64,000 bases of DNA, from NCBI RefSeq assembly GCF_009914755.1, contig NC_060926.1; one strand, written 5' to 3'. The notes beneath the pieces are model-generated. The model saw only the letters and a list, made by a program, of their open reading frames with translations. It ran no database searches and was not told the origin of the DNA. Below are positions 47,645 to 61,536 of this stretch, one piece after another. Position 1 is the first letter of the stretch; each line of letters starts with the position of its first letter. The stretch is from the human T2T-CHM13v2.0 reference genome, Homo sapiens. Position numbers and translations under genes: made by a program.

Positions 47645-50600
47645 GACACACAAACATCACACACACCACACACATCACACCCCACACAGATACACACACG
47701 CCACACACAGATACACACCACACACATCACACAGATACACACCACACACATCACACACACACCACACACATCACACAGATACATACCACACACGTCACAC
47801 ACCACACACGTCACACATACCACACACATCACACAGATACTCACCACACACATCACACACACACCACACACATCACAGATACATACCACACACATCACAC
47901 ACCACACACGTCACACATACCACACACATCACACAGATACACACCACACACATCACACACACACCACACACATCACAGATACCACACACATCACACACCA
48001 CACACGTCACACATACCACACATATCACACACCACACATGTCACACATTACACATACACACCACACATCACACAGATACACCACACACAACACAGATGCA
48101 CACAACACACATCACACCTACATACAACATACACACATACACCTACATACATTACACACACCACACACATCACACAGATACACAGCAAACACATCACACC
48201 TACACACCACACACATCACACACAGATACCACACACATCACGCCTACACACCACATACACACACATCACAGATACACAACACACACATCACACCTACACA
48301 CCACATACACACACACCACATAGATACACACAGATACACACCACATGCATCAGGCCTACACACCACACACCACATACACACAGATACACACCACATGCAT
48401 CAGGCCTACACAACACACACACATCACACCTACCACACACATCACACACACCACACAGATACACACCACACATACACACATGACACACCTACATACATCA
48501 CACACATCACACAGATACACACCTACCACACACATCACACATACCACATAGACACACACCTACATATATCATATGCACCACACATATACACACATCACAC
48601 ATACTCACCAGATACACACATCACACATACCCACCACATGACACATACACTTACATACATCACACACATCACACATACACAACCAACACACACACCACAC
48701 ATACACACCACATACATATATACATACACATCCTACATACATCATACGCACCACACATAAGCACACCCACCACACACATCACACATACACACAACATACA
48801 CCTACATACGTCACACACATCACACAGATACACACCCACCACACACATCACACACACACCACATACACACATCACACATACACACCACATACACAAATAC
48901 ACCTACATACATCACACACATCACATAGATACCCACCACACACATCACACATACCACATGCACACACACCTACATACATACGCACCACACATATACACAG
49001 ACATTACACACCCACCACACACCACACATACACACCCACCACACACATCACACATACACACGACACATACACCTACATACATTATACACATCACACAGAT
49101 ACACACCCACCACACACATCACACACATCCACCACACACATCACACATACACAACCAACACACACGCCACTCATACATACTACATACCCATCACTTACAC
49201 ACACCACACAAACCACATACACACACTCCTACATACATCATATGCACCACACATATACACACCCACCACACACATTGCACATACTCACATATACATCAGA
49301 CACAAAACACAGATACACACCCACCACACACATCACACATACACACCACATACACACGCACGTACATACACCATACGCACCACACATATACACACACCAC
49401 ACACCCACCACACACATCACACATACCACATACACACATGCACTCACATACATCATATGCACCACACGTATACACACACATCACACATATACATACATCA
49501 CGCATACACACCACATACACACATACACCTACATATATCATACACACCACACATGTGCACACACACCACGTACATCACATATACCACATACACCACATAA
49601 ACACACATCACACATACCACATACACCACATACACACACATCACACATACACACCACCCCTACACACCACAAGCACAGCACACTACACACACCACACATA
49701 TACACACCACATACAGTATACACACCATCACATACACACCCACCACACATATCACACATACACACCACATATACACATCACACATACCACATACATACAC
49801 CTACATATATCCTATGCACCACACATATACACACACATCACTTACCCACTGTACACATCACACATACACAAACATCACACAAACACACCACCCATACACA
49901 CCACACACAAACACACCACCCATACACACCACATATACACCTACATACATCATACACACCACACATAGACATCACATATACACACAGCACACTACACATA
50001 CACACCACATATATACACAACATATACATCATACACACCATGCACACACAAACACCACACATGCACACAAACACCACACATACCACACACACTTAATACA
50101 TCATACACACCACACAGATGCACACACACCACATACATCACATATACCACATACATCACACATATCACATACAACTACATACATCATACATACACCACAT
50201 ATATATGCACACACATACACACCACACATATACACACCACATACATTATAAACACCACACACACCACACATACCACACACAAACCTGCATACATCATACA
50301 CACCACACAGACGCACATACCACATACATCACATATACCACACACATCACACATACACCACACACATCACACACCTACATACATCATAGACACCACATAC
50401 ACACACACTACATACATCACACACACACCACACACATCACACGAACACACCAGTACACACATCACACACACCACACACACACACCTCCACACACACCAGA
50501 CACATCACACACATCTACATGCATACATGACACACCACACACATTGCACATACACACTTGCACACACCACATCCACACATACACTTACACACCCACAACA

Positions 50601-51153
50601 CACATCACACACACACCAGACATATTACATGCATACACACACCACACACATGCACACATGACACACACCATGCACATTGCATGTACACACCTACATACAC
50701 CACATACATACACACCAGCCATACACACACACACGCACCATACACATTCATATACACCACACACATACATAACCTACACACTACACACATCACACACACC
50801 TACACACATTCACACATAATACATACACATACATACCACACACATGCATTACACATACCTACACACCACACACAAGCACAACACACCACACGCATATGTA
50901 CACATACATATACCTACACACACCACACAAATCACACACACCACACGTATACCTACACATGCACACACATGAACCTACATGTTCACTGCACACATGCATA
51001 CACATACCATATGCACAAATACACACACCACACACTTAGATGCTGACCAAACACACACATCTCTACATACCACATCATACACACATCCCTCCTCACACAC
51101 ACCACAGACACACACACACACCCACACTCGCAGGCACACACATGTGCACACAC
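47645..51153. repeat. ~3.5-kb complex (CA)-rich / (TG)-rich low-complexity tract
   Basis: Mixed CACAC, CATAC, CATCAC and CACCAC units with very few G on the + strand. Confidence 0.98.
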
Positions 51154-51814
51154 AGGCCCCTGCTGCTCCAAAGCTGCTCTCCAGGACCTCAGGGCTCCCT
51201 GGAAGGCCCTCGTCCTCAATTTATGCCCTCCAGTCTGGGCCGTGTTCTGTCCTGGGGACTTAAGCTGGCCCCAAACTCAGGCCACTCGTACCAGCCCCAG
51301 ACCCAAGCGGTTGCTCTGATCAGGGGCCCCCGCCTCCATAGCAGTGGGGTGCAGGCATCCTCCACCTTCACCCCCTCAACCCCCAACACAGGTTGTCCAT
51401 CGCCAGGGGCGTCTGAGGCTCTGGCCTTTCCTGGGTACCCCAGATGTGCAGAGTCCACCTCAGGCCTGTCCAGCCCCTCCCTGTCTCTGACACCTGGACC
51501 TCCACTGTGCTGCGGGAAACCACCGGTCCATGGGGCCTCAGGACCTAGGAGGGTCACGGAGCCCGTGATCTTGGGGTCACCCTGGTCCTGGGAGTGTGCT
51601 GCCGGGTGTTGGCCATGCTGCCAAGGGACCTGAGGGCACCGGGGATGGCATCGTTAATGGCGATTGTTGGTCTGTTTGCTGGCGAGATCTGACTAGGTTC
51701 ACACAGAGGCAAACAGGCCACGGAGTGTCCGCCTTTCTGGAGGAAAGACGACATGCCTCTGAGCAGCCCAGGCTCACTGAAAACACACTTGCAGGATATG
51801 CATCACCTTCAGGG

Positions 51815-52342
51815 CAGCACGCAGCCTCACCCGGGACACCTGTCACTCCGACGGAGAATCCTGGACATGCAGCCTCACCCGGGACACCTGTCACTCCGAT
51901 GGAGAATCCTGGACACGCAGCCTCACCTGGGACACCTGTCACTCCGACGGAGAATCCTGGACAGGCAGCCTCACCCGGGACACCTGTCATTCCGAAGGAG
52001 AATCCTGGACATGCAGCCTCACCCGGGACACCTGTCACTCCGATGGAGAATCCTGGACACGCAGCCTCACCTGGGACACCTGTCACTCCGATGGAGAATC
52101 CTGGACACGCAGCCTCACCTGGGACACCTGTCACTCCGAAGGAGAATCCTGGACATGCAGCCTTACCTGGGACACCTGTCACTCTGATGGAGAATCCTGG
52201 ACAGGCAGCCTTACCCGGGACACCTGTCACTCCGACGGAGAATCCTGGACACGCAGCCTTACCTCGGACACCTGTCACTCTGATGGAGAATCCTGAACGC
52301 ATAGGCTTACCTGGGACACCAGTCACTCCGATAGAGCATCCT
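51815..52342. repeat. 48-bp VNTR, array B (11 copies)
   Basis: Same unit as array A; appears as the 16-aa GHAASPGTPVTPxENP repeat in the ORF track. Confidence 0.97.
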
Positions 52343-53239
52343 GGAGTCAGCATCCTTCTCTCACATCTCTGATCCAATCCACCCAGAGATCCTGATGCCC
52401 TACCTTCAAATACACCCAGAATCCCGCCATCTCACCCTTGCTGTGCTTACCTGAGGCTCGCCTGGAGGGACAACTCGGCCCAGCCAGGCCCTGCTCCCTA
52501 GCTCATCACACCCAGGTTAGAGAAGCCAGCATCAAACTATGAAAACTGGAGGCTTTCATCCAGGAGCCAGAAAGGTCCAGCTTGCCCCTTGGGCACAAAA
52601 TGGATGCCTTCCACAAAGGAAAACGAGAAGACAATTCTCAACATTTAGGGCAACCCGCACTGATGGCTGACATTTCCAGAAAGATCCAATGTGGCCAGAC
52701 CCATGAGAATCAAGTAGCTGACACCATAGCATCCTTGAAGATCGGTCACAAGAATGAGGAACAGTTTCAGGCAGCTCTGCCCGTCGCTTTAGGAGAAAAT
52801 CCCCCTCTTCAGGGAAGCCTGAAGCTGCTTCCCTGGGGGGCTGAAGGAGCGGAGGGGAGAGGGAGTGAATGTGCTGTGTGGTGGAGAGAACACTGGAACC
52901 TCTAAAGCGGACAGAGCAAGCCCTGGGTGCACACCGAGGGAAGACGAGAGACAGAGGGGACCTCGTGGGCTGGGGACGGGAGCTCAGGATGGCACGGAAC
53001 AAATTCATGGGAACAGAGACCACGTGGAAGATAAATCAAAAGGAGTTCCGAAGACACAGTTGGTGCAGCTGAGCTAAATACTGATTTGAAACTCTCGAGG
53101 AAGAAAGAATTAACCGTAGAAAATAAAATCGACGTCCTTAGAAGATCACATGAGAAATCCCCATGCTTCTGACTGCTTTGCCACACTCAGAAAATCACTG
53201 TCAGAAGGGAGAGGCTCAGCTCCCGGGAAGACTCATGTC

Positions 53240-53351
53240 CCCATCCCCCCATCCCCCCATCCCCCTCCCCATCCCCGACCTGCACCAAGGAAAACCCATC
53301 CCCCCATCCCCCCATCTCCCTCCCCGACCCCCAACCTGCACCAAGGAAAAG
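53240..53351. repeat. C-rich ~58-bp tandem duplication
   Basis: CCCATCCCCCCATCCCCCCATC...CCTGCACCAAGGAAAA twice. Confidence 0.75.
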
Positions 53352-53879
53352 AGTGTTTGGCAGATACTGATGGAGAGCGTCTGCCCTGTGAGGACAGAGG
53401 GGACTCTCCAGGGCACATGGCAAGATCACCGCACTGGGAAAAGCTGGATGCATAACATGCCATCCAAATCCTCCAGAAACCCTAGAGAGAATCCCTGGCC
53501 ATCATGGAAGGCAGATTACTTTCCCTGCGAGAAAAGCTCATGCGAATGAGTTGAGAGCACTTTTGGCTGAGACACACCTGCACAGCCTAAGAAAGAGAAT
53601 GCGCTCTGAAATACATTATGGAGGAAGGATCGAGGGGCTCCTGAGGCATCCTCACATCCCTGATGCTGCTGTGGGGCTTTCAGCAGAGAACCATGGGGAA
53701 GATAGGACCCAGAGGAGCAGGAGCACCAGGCCCCAGTGGGTGGGGGGTCAGGGCCCAGGGCTCAAGGTGTAGCCCCTCACAGGATCAGGCCCAAGAACAA
53801 GAGCCTCCACCAGAACCCCCCCAGCCCTACTCAGAGCCTGCACCAGATGGCAAGCCTCAGCTCCCATGCCCCTCAGCTA

Positions 53880-54020
53880 GGCTGCCCTGACCCAACCCTC
53901 CCACAGGACCGGGGTGTCTCTGGGCTGCCCTGATCCAACGCCTCCCATGGGATTGGGGGTTGCCCTGGGCTGCTCTGATCCAACTGTCCTGCAGGAAAGG
54001 GGTGCCACTGACCCAGCTCC
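53880..54020. repeat. Degenerate ~43-bp tandem repeat, ~3 copies
   Basis: GGCTGC(C/T)CTGA(C/T)CCAAC...GGGGT recurs at ~53880, ~53923 and ~53968. Confidence 0.65.
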
Positions 54021-54313
54021 ATCCTCTCTTGTCAGATATCAGAGCGTCCTGAGAGTCCCCGGGGGGCAGCTCTTGGGAAGAAGACTCTATCCTTCCCCCG
54101 ATTCCAGAAGACAGGGAAGACACCCACCACGAGTATCTCCCCGAAAGGATGTCCTTGGCCCAGAACCTCCTCCACTGGGGAGCAGAGAAATGTGTCTCAG
54201 CAGAGGTGAGTCACCTTCCAGTGACCCCACTTCCAGCGTGCCCACTTCTAAGATCCAGAACTATGGCAAGACGCGTTGCTCTCTGTAAAGTAATTCTTAT
54301 TTTTCCTCTTGTG

Positions 54314-54937
<624 letters not shown>

Positions 54938-55959
54938 TGTTTTTTTTTTCTTTTTTAATTTTATTGCTATTAAGTGACTATTCAATGGCTAAAGTGGAAA
55001 CTGCTCATATTCTAATTCCGAGATAATGTTCTATAACTTCAGAGTATTTAAATAACTTATGTGAGTTACTTACATTTTATCCTATTTATAACTAGCGTAA
55101 TTATGGTATCTTTATTATTGCTAATAAACTCACTAAAATAACCCAGTAACATAGCCAGAATTTTGACTTCTAAATTTGATTTTTTTGTCTTTTAGTTCTA
55201 TTCCTATTATGTAAGTGATTACACAATATCTCAAATGGAGACTTAATAAGATTATGATTTTTAGGACAGTGTTTTATAAATGTATATTATATAATATGTG
55301 AATCTTATTACTAAATTGTCACATCTTATTTGATTTCCAGACAGTGCAAGTAGAATATTTTTGTCACTGTGATTTAAAGAGTGTCTCCTATTGATCCAGA
55401 AACCCAATTTCCATCTCTCTTAAGAGCTAATATTGAATTTTCTCTCATTTGATTTCACTGCTGTAGTTAAGTGATTACACAATTGCTCGAATTGAAGCTG
55501 GAGAGAATTCCAGTTTTTAGCACAGTGAGTTATAAATGAAGCTCATTTGGAAGATTTCCTGGGTGTGCTGTTTCCTTCTGTTCTGGACAGCACAGGGAAA
55601 GGATGGTGGGACCACAGCAGGTGCCGTGTGTGTGGGTGGCTTTGGGTGTGGCCGGCTGTCTAGGTCGGCAGCAGGAACTTCAGAGAGGGTTTTCGATGCG
55701 CTGTCTGGAACCTGGAGAGATGTAAAAGCGAGGTTTCTTCTGTGGCCATGAGACAGGTTCACTCTAGTTATGAGACTAATATGTTCAACTCACTTCATTT
55801 TCATTACGAAAGAGTTTGGGAAACAGTGTCAGAACAAAGCACCCGTCCCCTCTGTTGCATCAGGTATGTGAGGGTGCCCCTCTCTCTGCCTCGTCTCCCC
55901 TGGTAACCTTGCAGCCACAGCGAACTTTTAAAACCATGAACGACAGCATGCGACCTCGC

Positions 55960-56450
55960 TGCTCACAGAGCCCCCAGGGCCTCCAACCACCCTGAGCCTC
56001 AGGTCTCTGCTCCCTCCTGCTGACCCACCTGCCTCTGCCTGGGCCCTCCCGTCTGGCCACAGAACTTCCTTCTGTCCCATCACCATCTTGGTCTCACTCC
56101 TGACTCTTCGCATTGCTCCTCCCTCTGCCCGGAAGGCTTTTCCCACAGCCGTGTGCAGCTGCCTCCTCCCCGCCATTTGGATTCGGACTCGGGTCCCGTC
56201 AGTGGCCTCTCCTGGCCACTGCAGCTGCATGGTGTGCTCCCTGCCTGCCTCCCCGCCCCACTGCCCTCCTTCCTGCTTCACAGCACTCAGTTCTAGAGTC
56301 ATTTTATTTCCTATGCGCTCCTGTGTTTTGTCTGCATGACCCTCTGCAACGCAAGGTCTCAGGCGCAGAGGTTTCTCTCTTCCCTACTGACCCCTCTCTT
56401 GCCTAGCACGTGACAGTCGCTCATCAAGGATTTGGGGAATGAGGGAATGA
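55960..56450 (+). mobile_element. L2 3' fragment
   Basis: Pyrimidine-rich body ending GCCTAGCACGTGACAGTCGCTCATCAAGGATTTGGGGAATGAGGGAATGAA. Confidence 0.55.
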
Positions 56451-56994
56451 ACAGGGGAACCAGGGGAAGGCCCCTGAGCTCTCAGACCTGCCCACGCCCG
56501 AGTGCGGCTCTCCAGGCCTCCTGCGCAGCCCCTCACCCTGTGATCCATGGAGCCCACCTTGGGCCCACTTGCTCCCCTTGCCGGCATGTTCCCTGAGGAC
56601 CACGACTGTCCTAGCTTCCACGCCAGCCTCTTGTCTGGGTTCTGTCTATGGCAGTGAGTCTCAAGTCTCCCGTTGATGGAGGTCATTAACACTGCTGGAG
56701 AAGCCAAGGTTGTAGCAAGAGGCGGGGGATGCAGGAAGAGAACTGGCTGCTGCCCACGGTGGGAAGCAGCAAGGATTGGAGGCTGTTGTGTTGAAGGAAA
56801 TGCTGCTGGACCTCGTGGACCTGGGTCACTTCAGTGGCCTGGATGATCCCCAGTGGAGGCAGGAATGTACAAACCCATCCCCAGGTGTGGTCACTGGTTT
56901 TTGTGGGGTCTGCAACCCACAAAACAGAGTTCCACATAAATGCCACACCATCTCTGGTCCATCCCAGTGAATCCTCTACGGCTGCCCTCCAGGG

Positions 56995-57105
56995 GAGGCT
57001 TACATTTAGAGATGGGGAAACTGAAGCCCAAAGTCCCACCCTAGAGAGGGTGGTTGACAGCCCAGGACCGAATCTCAGGTCTGATGCTTCCCAGCTGTGT
57101 GCCTC
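56995..57105. mobile_element. MIR fragment
   Basis: TTTAGAGATGGGGAAACTGAAGCCCA MIR core. Confidence 0.6.
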
Positions 57106-57274
57106 TGATATTTAGCCCTTCATCCCCTGACACCCTTGTCCAGAGCACAGATGAGGGTTGTTGCACAGGTTATATGAAACGAAGTCATGGTAAGCTCATG
57201 GGGTGCCTTTTTAACTCACCACCCACTAAGTTAATGACATTGATTCTAGGACCTCTGCCCCCAAATCCCACTCA

Positions 57275-57783
<509 letters not shown>

Positions 57784-58945
57784 GAGAGAGAGACAGATCA
57801 GGACATAGGTCGGTGCAGGGCTGAGGAGGGGCTGGGCAGCAACGCCTGGAGTGTGGATGACAGGGCAGCCCTGCGGAGGAGGCAGGGAAGGGTGGGGAGG
57901 CTTTGGGCTAACTATAAGCAGAGAGTGTGACCCCTTGTCAATCCTAGGAGGAGGATTCTTCCTGGAGTTGGAAAAGCATTTTGGAGATCTTGGAGCTCAC
58001 CTGTAAGAATAAATGTGAGAGGAAAACCGAAGTGTTGTTGGAAATAAAAGCCCCTGGGGACACCTCTGCTGTGATAGCAACTGGGACTCCAGAGGGCTCC
58101 CCAAGCCAGTCCCGGTCTGCGCCCCCGTGCAAGGAACTCATCTTACCATCTGGGACCGCCGTTATCAGAGCCGGAGCCACTTCTCACAATCAGCGCAGGC
58201 AACTTCCTGCCTCACTCCTGGTCACAGGTGAGGAACGGAGCTTTGCCGAGAACATGGGTTTGTTGATTTGACCTTATAACCCTTAGAGGAGCAAAAACTG
58301 AATTTCCAGGCATCGTGGTCAGGTTTCAAAACATGAAGCCTGGTATGAGTCTACCTCTTTCAAAACATATGTCAATATTTCTGCTGTGGCTGAGATGGGA
58401 TAACAGGAACCTGAGTTACCCGTCTGTCTGAATCAACAACAAAAAAATAGACACAATATAGGCAAGAACACTTTTCAGGACTCTGGATATGAGGAAATTA
58501 AGGAAGTTATGCTTGAGAAATAGAAAACAAAGATGAGCTGAGCCCCGTCACGGGCCTGCTTACTGCCTGGAGAGGGCCCAGCCTGCAGGACTCCCTGGGT
58601 TGAGAAGGCAGAGTCTAACATCTGAGGAGGGGGCTGTATTATGACAGAGGAGAGAGCTGCACAGAGTTCAACGCCAGGTTCCATGAAGGGACCCACTCGA
58701 GGGTTCGGTAGTGCAGAGATCAGAGCATGTGTGAACAAACCAATATTTATAGGAATGCAAAAATACCTAGCACCCAACAAGGTAAGATTCATTATGTCTG
58801 GATCCAATTAAAAATGCCCAGTCCTGTCAGGAAGAAGGAAAATGTGATCTCTCATGATGAGAAAAGTCAATGGAACCTGACCTTAGTGGGCACGAATCGT
58901 GGGGTTGGGATTCAAGGACACTGAGGTAGTTGTACAACGTTGCTC

Positions 58946-59801
58946 TATTGACAGATTCAAACTCTGTAAGTTGTGAAAAGATTTTTTTCTGAGCTAAATA
59001 TGAGTGACCAATGGCTGGTGACATGGCACCTGGAGAGCCTGAGAACATGCACCCAAGGTGGTCGGGTCTCAGCTCAGTTTTATACATTTTAGGGAGACAT
59101 AAGACATCAATTAACACATGTAAGATGTACACTGATTTGGTCTGGAAAGGAGGGATAACTGGAAACAGGGGCAGATTCAAAGATTTTCTGATTGGCAACT
59201 GGTTGAGAGTCATTAGCTAAAGACCTGGAATCAATCAAAAGGAATGTCTGGGTTAGGATAAGGGGTTGTGGAGACCAAGGTTGTGTCATGCAGATGAAGC
59301 CTCCAGGTAGCAGGCTTCAGAGCTCTTAGCAGACCTAAAACGGTGCCAGCCTGTTGGTTTTCTCCCCGATCAGGGAAAAGACCTAGAAAAGAATGAGGAT
59401 TCTCTACAGAATGTAGACTTTCCCCACGAGAGACAGCTTTGCAGGGCCGTTTCAAAATATGTCAAAGAAATATATTTTGGGGTAAAATACTTCCATTTCT
59501 TCCAGGGCCTGCAATCTGTCAAGTGATGCTATACTAGAGTCGGGCTGGAATTTGGTATCTTACTGCTACAGCGTCTGTTTCGTCTTCAGATCTGAAATCT
59601 GAAGGTCTCTGTTTTAATGTTAATGCTGGTCAGCTGTGCCTGAATTAAAACGGGAGGAGGGTAGAAGGAGGCATGCCTGACCCCCACCTTCCCACCACAG
59701 CCTGAACTAATTTTTCAGGTTAACTTGGGAATTCCACTGGCCAAGGGGAGGGAGGGTCCATTCGTCAGGTGGGGGGCTTAGAATTTTATATTTTGTTTAC
59801 A
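58946..59801 (-). mobile_element. MER4-group (MER4D/E-like) ERV1 solo LTR inside old L1M sequence
   Basis: Reverse complement begins TGTAAACAAAATATAAAATTCTAAGCCCCCC; 4-bp TSD GCTC. Confidence 0.85.
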
Positions 59802-60800
59802 GCTCCATATGTCCAAGGGGTGAGGGGAAAGATGGTTCCATTAAATAGAGCATTAAAGACACTAAAAAGGCCCAAAATCAAAATTCTAGAGATGAAAACT
59901 GCAATGTCTGATATGAAAAGTACACAGAACGGGATCCACAGAAGATTTAAGGTTGCAGGTGAAAAGATTACTGCACCTAAAGGCAGCAATAGAAACCATC
60001 CACAATGAAACACAAAGATTTTTAAGACTAACAAATAAAGAAAGGCGTGCATGCTGTGTGACTGCACTGATACACAATTCTTGGATGTGCGACCTAATGG
60101 ATAGTGACAGAAAGATGGACAGGGTGGGAGAAAGAGACTTCAGAGCAGTGTGAGGAGACTTCCTGGGGTGGTGGACATGGTCGTCATCCTGTGCAGTGAA
60201 GGCTGCGTGGGTGTAAACACACAGCACATTTACCAAACTGTACAATGCTAAAACATGCAGTTTATTCATGTCAATTGTAGCTCCATAATTCTGTGATACG
60301 TAGTGGGGGAGAGAAAATTAAACATACGACATATTTGGAGGACTATTCAGCAAAATATTAACAATAGTCATGTCTAGATGGTTCATTACTAGTGGTTTTC
60401 ACTTCCTTTCTTTTTTTTTCCTGTCTGATTTTTCTAATTTGGGTGCCATAGATTTGCATTGCTTTTTGTAACAGTTACCCATTACCGAGTGATAAATGGT
60501 CACATGCTTAGCATCTTAATCAACACTCATTAGCTCACAGTGTTATGGGTCAGAAATTCTGCACCACATGGCTGGGCTCTCTGCTTAGGGTCTCACAAGG
60601 CCAAAATCAAGATGTGGCAGGGCTGCCTTCTGTGAGGAGGTTTGGGGCAGAATCCCTGTCCGTCTCATTAGGGATGTTGGTCATTTGTTGCCTTGCGTCT
60701 GTTTGACTGAGGTCCCGTTTCTTGCTTGCTGTCAGCTGGGGCTGCTTCTGATCTGTGGAGGCTGCCTGCAGCTTCTCGGCTCATTGTCTCCTTAGCCAGG

Positions 60801-61536
<736 letters not shown>

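Noticed and set aside
47586-51263. Long His/Thr-rich and Val/Cys-rich ORFs (up to 384 aa)
   Set aside because: They are translations of the CA/TG tract, open in several frames because stops are rare
51577-52377. Mucin-like 258-aa and 266-aa repeat proteins, or a CRISPR-like array
   Set aside because: The 48-bp unit is a multiple of 3 and open on both strands. There is no signal peptide or exon context, no unique spacers and no cas genes, and the DNA is primate
52520-53170. A-rich stretch that could be an exon or a HAL1/L1 ORF1 remnant
   Set aside because: No convincing splice-site pair or recognisable peptide; too degenerate to call by eye
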